A stretch of DNA of 64,000 bases from positions 33,046,001 to 33,110,000 of the forward strand of contig CM060732.1 in assembly GCA_030704615.1 (NCBI GenBank). The letters run 5' to 3'. The notes beneath the pieces were generated by a model that was not told the origin of the DNA, searched no databases, and saw only the letters and a list, made by a program, of their open reading frames with translations. Made by a program: the position numbers and the translations under genes. Every line of letters starts with the position of its first letter. Position 1 is the stretch's first letter. The stretch is from Takakia lepidozioides. Taxonomy: Eukaryota; Plantae; Bryophyta. Positions 39,376 through 52,500 of the stretch are shown one piece after another.

Positions 39376-39537
39376 TGTTTGTTTTCTTTGTGTCGAGTTT
39401 GATCGTGAGAGACGACAATCAGGACAGAATTGTGTTTGCTTTCTTTTAGTGTCGAGTCTGATCATGAGAGACGTCAAACAGGGCAGAGCTATGTTTGTTT
39501 TGTTTTAGGGTCGAGTCTGATCATGAGAGACGACGAG
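39376..39537. repeat. Tandem repeat, ~59-bp period, about 3 copies
   Basis: gtcgagt(t/c)tgatc(g/a)tgagagacg at 39392, 39451 and 39510. Confidence 0.85.
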
Positions 39538-40299
39538 TGGAGCTAATGGGATAGGGGGCAGACATGGACTCAAACCCTAGAATTGGGGCATGAAGAAATC
39601 TGTCATGTGCGAAATCATTTCCAGCTCGGCATGATGCGAGGCCTCTCGTATGAGCCAAGCGAGAGGACAGGGCCTTGCGTATGGAGTGGGTGTGCAGGAG
39701 CGTATGCCTTGTGCAAATGTGTGAATTTTGCTTTGTTTGCCCCTGTTTTCTCTCACTGAAGTCGGAAGCAGGTTTTGCTCGTCTTGGTTTCAGTAAAGGA
39801 GTTGGGTTGCTGATTTGTGTGACATTGAACTTGTTACATCTGCCTTTTTGTTGGCTCTCTGCAAGAAAAATCCTATGGTCTCTTCTTTTGAACCCACTGG
39901 TGCCTTCAAGGATGCCATTCAAATTAGGTGATTACACGAAACACTTCGCGGTTTCTTTTATTTATGTTTGTATGCGCAATCGGATCCAGGCTCGGAATTG
40001 TCTTTTGCGCAATTTAGTAGAAATGGATGTACTCAGCGCAAAGATGCAAGAAAGCGCACGGGTCGTTAGGCAAGGCCGATAATTGGTATATCTGGTGTGT
40101 AGGTCAACGCTGGAGCATGGAACAGCGCTGGCAGCAGTTCTTTAAAGATACTTTACAATGGTGGAATAGTAGCCTTGACAAGGTGAGCTTTCTTCGTGTA
40201 GGATGAGAAAGGGAGCTTGAGGAAACTCTGGTATGGTCGTATGGTGTGGACTAGATCGTACTGTTGTTGAGTGAAGTCAGTGAAGTCAGAATCTCGTTG

Positions 40300-40592
40300 T
40301 GCTATAGGAAAACTGCTTTTACTGTCTGTATCGAGGTTGTCCTTGTTTATGAGTTTCTAGTGATGTCGTTTGAGCACACCAACACGTCGGCCACCTGCAC
40401 ATTGATGAACAACCTCTTTCAGGAATGGTTGGACGACTTCGTCCATAGTTTACATTGATGACGTCTTGGTCTATTGGAAGACAAAAAAAGACCACCTAGA
40501 GCACCTTAAAAGGATGTTCCAAAAGTTGTGGGAATGAAGCTCTACACCAAAGCTTCAAAGTGAGAATTTGGGGTCACAACTAAAGTGGAATA
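40300..40592 (+). mobile_element. Ty3/Gypsy RT relic, first half
   Basis: KTAF...YEFLVMSF...MNNLFQEWLDDFV..YIDDVLVY...KVEY, with frameshifts and stops. Confidence 0.8.
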
Positions 40593-40889
40593 TATATACA
40601 CCAAAAGTCGTGAAAAGAAAAAAGAAAAATCCAAAAATAGCAAAAAGCAAATACCAAAGTTGAGGATAGAAAAAAAAGATAAAAATAGAAAGTGGAAAAA
40701 AAAAAATTGTGCTAAGACTTTTCAGACACTTATAAATGGCTTATCATACTTGGCACTAAAAACGGAGGAAAATCCTCTATAAATTGAGAGGAGACCAACT
40801 GACATGAAGAGGTCCATAGTATTTTGATGCGGAGGAGGACAAGAAGTAGAGCTAGCTGTCGTCCACATATAAGACATAAGGAAAGGGTC

Positions 40890-41591
40890 ATGGGTCGACG
40901 TAAGTTGCCCATACAACTGATAGAGAGACTAGATTGTAGGAAAGCGACCTACCTCAAGAGATCGAAAGGATTAGTCAAGAAAGCGATGGAGTTGTCAACT
41001 CTTTGTAATATTGATGTGGCGATCATCATGTTCACTCCTGAAGGAAATCTGACTAAGTTTTGCAATATCTCTATGGAAGAGGTGATCGCTCGATATACGG
41101 AGATTCCCAAGGACAAACGTGACAAAGATTATGAGGAGATGGTTAAACATCGATTGTCAAGCAAGCTTCAAGAGTTCCCATACAAAGCCAATTACGTGGA
41201 TCAACATGCGGAATTGCAAGAGGTTGTGGACCACTATGAGAATCTTCAACAGCCATGCTTCAATGATTTTATCCTTGTTCTTAAAGCGTGCACTAGTCTC
41301 GGGGACCTACAAACGGGCAAGAAGGTACATGCTGACATTGTGGAAGCTGGAATTCTGCCAGACATCAATTTGGTGAAGGCCCTCATCGACATGTATGCCA
41401 TATTCGAGAGCGTCAGTATGGCTCAACAATATACAATGACTCTTGCTGAGACGAGTAATATAAACAAGAGAAATCTTGATGAGACAAGTCTAAACCTCGT
41501 ACTAGAAGACAAGAACGAGAAGTTGGAGCAAGATCTCGACCTCTCACAGGGTGATTGCAAGCTAAAGTGGGCCAAAAAAGACATATCATGA
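40890..41591 (+). CDS. Intronless MADS-PPR gene, copy 2 (233 aa from MGRRKL); K-box-like region truncated
   Basis: Colinear with copy 1 from the 5' leader to DLDLSQ (~41548), then unrelated sequence and a stop. Confidence 0.8.
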   Translation: MGRRKLPIQLIERLDCRKATYLKRSKGLVKKAMELSTLCNIDVAIIMFTPEGNLTKFCNISMEEVIARYTEIPKDKRDKDYEEMVKHRLSSKLQEFPYKANYVDQHAELQEVVDHYENLQQPCFNDFILVLKACTSLGDLQTGKKVHADIVEAGILPDINLVKALIDMYAIFESVSMAQQYTMTLAETSNINKRNLDETSLNLVLEDKNEKLEQDLDLSQGDCKLKWAKKDIS

Positions 41592-42599
41592 ATATACAAG
41601 GAGTACATAAACGAGGATGTGGCGAATCCTCCACCATCGGATTTGCTTCAACTGACAATCTTGACCATCTATTATTGACTATTAAAACCAAAAAATTTAA
41701 ATTGTGATAGTTTCAATTCACAAATGTTTTTTTTCAAATTTGATCCTACCCTATCATGGGTCTATGGTGAATCAATGTGTCTAATAAAGAAAGTATGGTT
41801 ATTTCAAAAATATTATTTGTAAAAGACTTTACGAAAATAGCTATATTTTAGGCTCAAAATAGTACATATTTTTAAAAAAAACTGAATCATATTTTTGGAT
41901 GATTATTTTCATTCCAGATTCCTCATTCTTCATAGCAAAATAGGGAGAATCCATTTTCTTAACTTGTTTTCAATCCTATATTAAAAAAGTCCATAACGTC
42001 TTTTTTTATGGACTGACAATTTTCTATGGATTTTTTATGGACACTCACAAGCATTACAATGGGCACGCATCACTACTCACTCCTCCCCCAACATCCCCTG
42101 ACAATCCTCAATCCTTACTTCAATTCCCGACAGGAGTCATGCTTCTAACTTCCATAGAGCCAAACCAACTCAAATATCATTATACTCCTCCATTCCCCAT
42201 GTATATGCACAAGTCGGAACCCACTCGAACTCTACATCTTTACGTACAACACTCCACTACACATCGCAATCTTGTTTTTTTTTTCACCCCTGTGTACGTC
42301 AACTACTCACATGACATAGCTACCATCTATTCCCCGCCAACCCACACCGACCCATTAATTGCTATTATATCCAAATATCTCCCTAGGGTCAAATCCATCA
42401 AAACCAAGATAGGTCAGGCATTTTTGTGCCCATCCTTCACCCCCTCCCCTCCCCTCCCTTCATATCCTACCACAATTCCTCAATAATGCACTTTTTAGAT
42501 TTCCCCAGCTAACTCTCATTACACTGATGGTTCTCAAAAGGGGTCTAAAGTAGGTTATATTGGAGTATTCCATGCTGCTACAAATCAAGGCACAACAGC

Positions 42600-42755
42600 A
42601 GCCCAATAATCTTGGCGAAATTCCTCACAAACTTTTGGTAGTAGGAGGCGAGTCCCAGAAAGGATCGCACTCCCATCGGAAGTTCCTAATCCAAGATCGC
42701 CCTCACCTTTCTATCATCCATCTTTATCACATCCTCCATAATCACATGCCCAAGT
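42600..42755 (-). mobile_element. Ty3/Gypsy RT relic, second half (opposite strand to first half)
   Basis: LGHVIMEDVIKMDDRKVRAILD*...VRSF/LGLASYYQKFVRNFAKI continues directly from KVEY at 40592. Confidence 0.75.
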
Positions 42756-44672
42756 ATATATATATATATATATATAAAGAGGGCCCTGGATTTTTTATTG
42801 AGAACAAGGAAAAAAAAAAAAAAAAAAAAAGCACTGTCCCTTGTTTTAAAATAAACTAATAATAATAAGGAGGGGAGGGAAACCCTCACAAAAGGAAAAA
42901 TAATACCCTGATGGACCATAAAGACACAACAAGAACATGAGGGATGAACCGAGAGAGAGACCATCCCGTGGGATGAGAACCATCCAGTTGGATGAAAACA
43001 CTATTTCCGACTTTTAGTCGTAATATCGATATGGAAGAGGGGAAAGAAACGTATGCACTATATGGTAGTGTAGAGCTAAAAAACCATGTGTGTTTGACGC
43101 CATCAAATATATTCGAGAGAGCCTTCATCTATCATCTTCACCAATAGTTTGGGAAACAATTAATAGGTACATTCTCGGGCGCGATGCTAAAATTCGACAA
43201 GGTGAAGCAGGGTCCACGATATTTTGAATGAATAGTCATGTACAGAAGAGCCACTGGAATCTGGATCTTAATATCACATATGTTGATCGTTTTAGCGAAG
43301 CAGTTATTAATCAAGAACCAAGAACCGTACATTCCTATGTACATGTGAACCCTGATGTTTTTATCGCTTGACCTATGCTGCTGAGTTTTATATGGAAAAT
43401 TTGTATCTATCGCGGTTACTCTCATCGCTTTATATGATGTCGTCTTTGCGGTTCAGAATTTTGGAAGATAGTGAAGTGAATACATTGCAGTTCTAAATTT
43501 TGGCAGTATCACAATTGATACATGGGAATTAGGGATGGATGCATCTTTCCTACGAGCAAAATGCTATGAGAGAGATGGCGCGGGTGGGGTAAATAAATTT
43601 TCCTCAAATGGGTAAAGGGAAGAGAATCGTTCTTAGTTAGTATAATGCAGTTTTGTGAACGCAGGGGCACACATGTTGTGGTCGCTCTATCACAGCACCA
43701 CCAAGGTAGCAAATACCACTGTGCCAGTGCTTGTGTGGCTGCAGGGCTGGTAAGTCTGTCTATTGCCTTCTCTCTTGATTGTGGAATAAGCTGCGTGAAA
43801 GAAAGTGATTGCAAACTCGCACATTGCTGTGGTATGTGCAGTGTTGAAATTGCTAGTTACAGCATGGTCTTTCTCTTTCTCTCTCTTTCTGAGCCTGCAA
43901 CCACAAGTGCTGCTCTGAAATCCTCCAAGATTCCTCCAACTACTCGTTCAATTGGCTAGTTCGGGCTTGTTATGGGGAGAATTCAGATTTGCTCACCATT
44001 GGGACACCTTGCTAAGAGAGGAAATCAACAGCAAAGTGCCAGTCTACGAAGGTGGAGGAATAATGACCACATCTCTCAGATGTCTCTTTTGCAATTATAA
44101 CTATAATATGGAGTGCACAGTGGATCGAGAGCACAAATTAGGGACAGAATTTGTGTCAAAAAAAGGTTTAAAACACTGTCTCTTGCAGCAGCAAGCATAT
44201 ATTAAGACGTCTCATTACCCTTTCAGGGGCTTTTCGTTGAAGGTGGAAACCTTCTAATATGGGGGCTGTAACGAGGGCAACAAGGTACACTTGTGTGCCT
44301 CTATGCAAAACCAGGGGCACATACAAACAATTCACAGACATATGGTTCCAAGATGTTCCACTATTAAATTTCTCAATTTGCAGTGCCACCAATGGGATAG
44401 ACAAAACAAATCCAGTTTTGAGCCTGCAGTGATTCTAGTGTTACCTAGGCATTTTTATTATCTAGAGGAAGTCGACCAAAAAGCCCTTCACGAAGTATCC
44501 CTACATGCTCTTTGTTGTATGGATTACAATCTCAGGTGTTTCACTCTCCGTGGACTCACGCGTCACTAAGCAATGTTACTGAACTCCTGATGAATACTAG
44601 ATTACTCAAAGTGATCAGTGATCAGACCAGTCACAGACAGAAGACTGCAAATGGTACCTGAGTATTTGACTC

Positions 44673-46549
44673 TCAACTCAAATCAGTACTTCGTCTGTCA
44701 GGTGGCCTGGGCTTCCCTTTTGGTGTACCAAGGTGCTGGGTGACAAAAATCACAGCCATCACTACTATCAGGACTCCCACCAAAGTGCTGAACAGAATAG
44801 CTCCAGGTTGCCGTGTTTGTACAAACCCATAAATCCCATTCGATGTAGTAAGAATCAGGTCATTCAATCCATCGCCAGAGAAGTCAGCATAAAGTATTGG
44901 AGCCACTGGGGCTGCTGGAAGCATAATGGTGGCCAGACGACTACCTGCTGGAGAGAGGACCACTGCTTCCATCTCTCCTGCAACAAGGATTGCCTCTGGC
45001 TGGCCATCTTTTCTCAAGGGCAAGGCCTCTAGAGTGGGGACAACCTTTTCATCAATGATGCCAGCCGGTGCTGGTGGATTAGACCATGTGGCACCACTGA
45101 TAACCTGCCACCTGCGACGGGCTCCTTGCCCTTTAGAGGAACCTAGGACCGAGAATGAGGTCACCTGCATAGTCCACCAAAACAACAGTACATCCTTTGT
45201 TAAAGTAGGCAGAAGCCTGGCAAAACAAGGCCACATTGTCTGCTACAGAGCACCAGAAAGCACCAACAATTGAGTTACAGGGCAGTTGATATTTATGTAG
45301 AATGGTCTAGATATCTTGCTGAAATATACAATTTTATTTCCCACCCCTGTGATTGAGTGAGTCACTTAGAGAAAGAAAGAATGAAACTTTAAAATGTCCA
45401 TCGCAGATCCTAAGGGCCCAGAGAGAAGTGTAAACAACAAGGAAACTACAGCAAAAGACACCAAACGTCAGCTGGAGACAAACTGCCTCATTCAGGCAAG
45501 CTGCCCAGCATGCAAAGCTGAAGGCCGAGGGGCTCCTGGAGAAGTAGGACTTTCCAGATTTCCTCTAGAAAGCCCTTCACACAAGCATTAATCTGCTGTG
45601 TGGGAGCAGCTCAGCAATTAGACCCCAACACGGCTGTAGGCTCAGCCTCGAGATTTCAAAAGTTTGTGAACAGAGGTGCAGGGACTATGGTCTTGATGGT
45701 ACTGAAAGGGTCACTCTCTGATGAGAATACCCCGGACATTGTATCAGAAAATGGATCTTGTCTGCAGGCCTCCTGCACATTGGACATTGACAATCTCCCT
45801 CCTCTCTGCATCTGTTTATTGTTCACAGGTAGATTCCCCGCCCTGACTTTGAGTTTCATTCTAGTGCCAAGGGTAGGCAGGCCCTTCAGATATCCTTAAG
45901 GTTTTCACCCATATCACAAACTGGAAACAAGTTCAGGGAAGTTTCATGCCTAACTTTGCTTTGTTCGGACATTTTCTGTGCTTCTGACATAGACTGATGA
46001 ACACGGAGAGAGAGAGAGAGAGAAGACAACTCTGCTTGCCATTTGCTTCTGGCTACAGATCCCATGCACCCTTGCAGAGAGCAAGCCGAGAGATGGGTAG
46101 AGTACAACAAAAAGGCAGCAAACTGGGAACATCTACCTCCCCGCGGCTGGTGAGGAAGACGACATCCCCATGGCTGCCCTTGCGATGGCGATGTCCATCA
46201 GGACGTGGGAGCAAAACTGGGGTTGCAACCTCCAGGGGTGAAGCTGTCTCCATCGTGCGACCAAAAGCACGGGATGGAAACTCACCCTGTGGAAACATAT
46301 TGAAAGGAGAGTACCGACATATTGATCCATTGAATAATTGCTCTCTCACTGGGACCCCAGAGGTAGCAATCGCCCAGCATGGTTTCAATGGTTCTGGCAT
46401 TCCCCTGGGGATCAACCGTTCGGCCCCATGCCCACCAACAGCCTGCACAGGATTAATCGTCTTAAACCAAGCTTATATGCCATAATAACAAGGGAAGCAT
46501 CACATCATGGATGGAAAATCTGTGATTACACACGCTTGAGACATCTATA

Positions 46550-46590
<41 letters not shown>

Positions 46591-49500
46591 TCAATCATCA
46601 AGCAGCTCCAGGTAAAGCAAACCCCTCTTCACCAATTGAACTGCTTATACAAGAAAAGAATGAAGAAAATAACTCCCGAGTCAAGCCCACCTGAACATGG
46701 TCCAAGACTCCATCTCCGTTGACATCGGCATGCACCCCTCCTGCTGTGAGGAAGAGCTGTTACATGTAGAATACCCAAACACTGTCAATGTCTCAATCTG
46801 AGAAGGCACTCGTGCTCTACAACAGAAGGGCTGATTCAGGTTTAACACAACTTCCTTCTGCTGCTGGAAAAGAACAGTCCTGGAACATCTGTGAAGGTGT
46901 TGATGAAGAAGCAATGTACCGGGCTCTATAGACAGGTTGCTATGAGACTGCCAAATCCCACCACCAGGAGTCGGAAGATATGAACATGTATAGCTAGGTT
47001 GTAGAGTTCAGAACAGAGGGCAAGATGATCAGCAGAGATAAGCAGGAATCCTGTTCTTCAAACGAGGACCAGATAAACTTTTGATTTTACTACCTTGCAG
47101 ACTGTACGCCCAGTTGCCAAGTGGACCGCTTCAATCCCCTCCTTGAGATGCGCAATGATCACATTGGGTATCCACCAGGAATACGTGTGGTTTGTTATAA
47201 CAGGTACATACGTAGAGGCCTGGCTGCACAGTAAAAGTCAATGTAAGATGCCCTGGACCATACGTAAGAAGAAGACTGACTCCAGGGTGTTTGTCTGTTA
47301 GACTGCTCTCACGGGATGCTGGATTCCCTCATCTAATTACGAGAACCTGAGGCAACTTCAATGTGTTCAGTGACCTGATCCCATCCTGCTATCGACAGGC
47401 AATCCTTTGCCACATCCAAGGGCTGATTTTCTGCGTCCTCAGTGTCCCTTGTGATTGAGTTGAATCCATGCGGTGGCTTCCAGCATGCAAGCTCCTTAGC
47501 TAAGCAGAACCGAATTGAGGCACAAACAACAAAACGCTTTCTTTTAAGATCTAGAACTTTCATCGAATGTCAATCCCTTGAATGTGTCACACAATGCATA
47601 AGCACAGCACAATAAAGCCCCTGCAGTCTTTATGAGCTGCCTCTCTATACAAACTATAAGCAGCCTGTCCTTCATCAGATGAATAATCCAAAGGAGAGAA
47701 GTGAGGTAATAGAGGCAGCCATACAGCCTGCAACTTAAGTTTGGCAGAGATCAACTCCAGGACTCTTTCCCACCAGCTCCTAGAGTATTTAGTAAAGTTC
47801 CACCCATATTTCTAACACTAATTGCAACCCTTTGAACTCATGACTTACCTTTCTGAGTTTTCCGCTCACTGCAATCTCTGCAGCCTTGCCGACTATATTT
47901 GCCACTTTGTTGCCCAAGACGTCTTTGCCTGGAGGATGTTTATCTTCAGGCTTATGGGATGGGAGAACAGACTTCTTTCCAGGTTGCTTCTTGACAGTTT
48001 TCCGGCGATGCTTGCGAAAATGTGCCATCTCGAACCTTGTATCCTCCCTTCTATCCTGCAAGAGCCATTGTTTCACATAACATCACAAAATTCAAATCGT
48101 ACAGCAGGCACAGACCAGGTTCTAGACCATGCCATGATGCTTGCATGTAAGAGCAATGGAGGGAAGCAGAAAGAGATATCCTCATATACCATGCTTGCAG
48201 TAGCCTGGTGGGAACAAACCGGAATACCCAGTTTGAAGGGAGAAAGAAGGATTAAGGGGAGCCCAGAGAGAGACAGAGAGATGCATTTAGACCGACGGCA
48301 TCATAATGCTTGCAGAGGGTTACATCACAAACAAAACAAGAATGTATACTGCTAAAACTGTGCAAATAACAAATGGTATAAGAGAGAAGGTGGAGTCTCA
48401 TACCCAACGATGCGGCATTACGCCAAGCACTGATTCACGATACTCCCGGCATTCCACCTGCCCCACAAGCCCTCCTCCCTATTACTCATTCCTCCATGTT
48501 CTGTTGCAAGATAACCTCAAACCTCCTTTACCCCCCCTGCCTACAGGTGCTAGCAACAAAGAGAGAGGGGTGTCTTCTATAATTACAACCTGGGGTCAAG
48601 TGGTGGAGAAGGAGCTGGAGTGAAAGCATTTACTGAAAGTGAAGGATACCTCTACTGAGGCAGAGGGACAAGAAATACTGATCAGGTGTTGACCAACAGG
48701 GCATTATGGCAGTAGTAGAACCAACCCCTTTAGATACAGAAAAGTGAAAAGGACCTTACACTTGTTGGAAAACCACTGGCGTGTGGTCGGGCTAGGGATT
48801 GAACCTAGGACCTCCCCCATTCCGGTGGGGTGCTCTACCACTGAGCTACCCGTCCCCTTTCTGTTCTCAGAGTGCCGTGCAAGGGCTATAGCCTTGACAC
48901 CTCCAACACTCCCCCTCAAGGCATAGCCTTTATAGCTGATGCCCACCCATTCTGACCACCGCCCCAACCTTGGCTCTGATACCATGTTGGAAAACCACTG
49001 GCGTGTGGTCGGGCTAGGGATTGAACCTAGGACCTCCCCCATTCCGGTGAGGTGCTCTACCACTGAGCTACCCGTCCCGTTCTGTTCTCAAAGTGCCGTG
49101 CAAGGGCTATAACCTTGACACTCCAACAACACTAACAACGCACCCAACATGACAGGGAACATCTCCACTCCAATCCAGCATATTCAATATCTACCGATAT
49201 GGCAGAGCAATGTGTGAGCTGTAGTTCCTCACAACCACAACGGAGATGGGAGACTCGGACAATGACCCTCCCAATTGATATGCAGACAGGTACCAGAGCA
49301 ATCACTCACTGTCGGGAGGGGCATACCTCGCCTGTGTGACGGGAGTTGAGGGAATCGGCGTCCAGCTTGTAATTGTGTTGAGGCGTCAGTGACGCAATTA
49401 GCGGGGCTCGGTGAAAATCCTATAACCAAAACATCTTTCAGGCGATTAGAAGAACTTGCATCACCATCAATGTGAACTTCTCCTCTGAACTCAAAAGTCT

Positions 49501-52500
49501 TGAGCAGCCAAAGAGCAGACATGTTCTGCTAGGGGAACTGTGAAGCCATCATCAAAACTGAGTAAAGTAAAATGACTAATCTTGAATCACTTTGGGTGCT
49601 GAAGGTTGGCAGCTTGTTTATGATGCACCATGTTGAGGGTCTCGCAATGCACCCAAGTAGCAAATCTCTATGTGGAATAGCTCATCAAATTGGAGGAAAC
49701 GTGCAGGAGGATGATAGGAGAGCAGAATGGGCCAAAACTACCATTGCTGAGGGCTGCTTCTGCTATGGCCTACAGTTGACCTACATATCTATGTGTGTAT
49801 GTGCCTGCATGAGAGAGAGAGAGAGAGGGAGAAACTTTCCAACTGCAAAAAAAACTGCTAAAAATAGCATCCACACCTCACTTTTATGGCTCCATCGGCG
49901 GGCGCCAGTGAGACCTGCATAAGCATAGTAGGAAAAATGACGCTCCTTCCCCCCACCCATCTTTGCGCTCACATCCTCTCCTTCCTGCCAAAAGAAGCAC
50001 CCATAAATGCCATCATTTTCAAATCTCGTAGCCTCATGGTTTGAAAGTTGGCCTACTCAAGAGGAAAAGTTAAGTCTCTTGCGTCAAAATTGAGATGTTG
50101 TAAGAGAATGATGATCGAAGGAAGTGACAGAGAGGACATGACTGCACACCATTCTCTCTCATAGAAATTTGGTACACATATCTTGTGACTAATTGATGAG
50201 TACCTCTTTTGTAGCTGAATGTCGGTGCCGCTCGGCTTCCTTCTCTGCCAATAATTCTTCTTCAAAAGGATCCAAATGTAGCTATACACCACGCACATAA
50301 AGAATACACGCGTCACATGACCAAAAAACATAAAGGTCCTTGCAAACAGTTTTAGGAATCTACACAATGCACTTGCCCAAGCCCAAAGGCTGCTCACATG
50401 AATGATAGAAATCTTGATTGGAAAGATCAGGACAATGTCGGTAAGCTTAAGCATGTCAATATCCAACCAGAAATTTGACCCCCGACTTACAAGATCAAAC
50501 TCAAGTGTGAGAGCACATAAACCATGGCTCTGAGGTTGAGCAAATTCATACCTGAGGCTGGACCTCCATGCTGCCCCCAACGATGATCAAGCCCGTGTCA
50601 CCGTGCTTGAGTGTGTAGTTACTTATAGAAATAGCCACCTCTTTGTGGTGCGACCCATGTGGGAAGTCTTCCTAAATCCACCGCAGAAAACTTAGAGCCA
50701 ATTAGATCAACACATCAAATGCCTTTAGCCCATGCAAACATACTTGGAGTGAATTGTATACTTCGAAGTTCATCTTTTGTTCAACACGAAGAGCTGAGCT
50801 GTCTATTGCAACTCCACACTGAGAAATCCACATCAGGCTGTAGTTAAAAGGCTCTCTAGCATGAGAATTGACAGACTGTACAGAATCAGGCTACATACAT
50901 GGGTCTCTTGATGTGTGTCCAACTCTGGAAGGCACCCAGACGTAACAGATGGAACAAAGGTTTGCGTCTGTGGCAAAGTCTGAGCAATCTGACCATCGCA
51001 AACATGCAGTCTTAAAGTCAACATAGCAAAGTCTAGGCACAGGAACAACAAACCTGGACATCATCCTCCCATAGCTTCACTAAGTTGTGATCGAAGCACA
51101 TGACAGCCCAGCCTGCAGTAACAACCACAACCACTTGCTTCTTTCTCTCACCAGATCCATAATGTCGCTTCACTTCCCCTGTGGCTATGGCTACTGGTCT
51201 CCTTCCTGTCCCCACTCGCACCCTTTCCGGCAAGAGAGACACCTCTGCAAGCACACGTGCTTCGGTGAAGCCTTCATTCCCGCTTTTCAGATGAGGCTCC
51301 AGCACCTGTGAGTCTGAAAGAGTAAGTTGGTCCACCTCAAGGCCGGTGTGACCAGCTATTGGAGGTGGTTACTCTCAAAAACCTTGACATCATAGTGACA
51401 GGGACTTTCTGTAATATTCTCACTGAACAACATACTACGCAACATATTTTGACAAAAGGCTGCAAAACTTGGTACCCTCAAATGACCACTGCACATAGAA
51501 AGCACTTGCAGACAAAAAGAACCGTGACCTGAATCTTGTCATGAGTAGCAACAAGGATTTCGCTGCGGCCATCTCCATTTAGGTCAGCCACAACCGGAGG
51601 TGGCAGATGCTCAGCCTCATGCCGGATGGGGTTGGAGTCATCCGCAAGATGCATCCATGCCTCTCTGAATGAAAAGCTCCCCTCATTCTGCTCCTCCACC
51701 ATCCCTCCACATAGTCCATTAGCTTTCTAGTAATGAAATGGTGGATTTTATCTCAAGCTTTATCTCAAGCTTTCCGTTCTACATTTAGGGCTGTCAACAG
51801 TCACTCAGAGGGTTCCCCCTGGCAAGTGCTGACTATTTATAGGCACAGTGGCTGGGTTGAGAGAACTGATAGGAGCCTTTGCATCCATTTCAAGAGTTGA
51901 GAGTCCACTGAGATTGGGCAAAGGATTGCAGGTAGCCCTCACATCTCAAACTTGAAAGTTTTCACCACATAGCCCAAGTGGTGAGGACACGCTGTGACAG
52001 TCATGCGAGTCAAAACCCTGGCATGAAGAAGTTTTGAGGTTACACCTTGTGTCCACCAGCAAGGATCAGACACATACTGGGTTGAGGGAAGTTTTGGGCA
52101 ATTGCAGAGAAGGGGAACAGTGCACTTCCTCAAAATCAAGAGCACTAATGGGCCTTGTGGTACTTTTCAAGTGCTGGCTCTGACCAGTGTTATCTTCTTC
52201 TAAGGCCAAAGACCCTAACTTGGAGGACCCACTCTAATGTACTCCAGGGGACATAGTACATACCGTCCGTCACCCTCCTCCAAAAAAATTCCACACGTTC
52301 ACGCTGGATTTGTGTAACTCAAACAAGAAAAAAAGTTACCAAAATGCTGACATTCAGCCGTAGGTCAAGTATCACGGGATCAGAGAGAAATGCGGCAACC
52401 CTACCCAGAGGCTCGGACCCATGAGATAATCAATGCAGTTACTGGATGTAACGAATCTTTGACCTTTGATGTGCACAAGCAGCTAATACTAAGTTGTTCC

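Noticed and set aside
39376-39537. CRISPR-like repeat-spacer array
   Set aside because: The intervening sequences resemble one another (plain tandem repeat), the context is eukaryotic and there are no cas genes.
48784-49077. Two genuine tRNA-Ser(GGA) genes
   Set aside because: They lack U33 and the long variable arm, have stem mismatches, and lie inside the LTRs of a TSD-flanked TRIM.
50053-50580. 175-aa ORF sharing RKPSGTDIQLQKRY with the PPR C-terminus as a new domain
   Set aside because: It is an off-frame reading of an FG-GAP exon and intron; the similarity comes from the DNA duplication.
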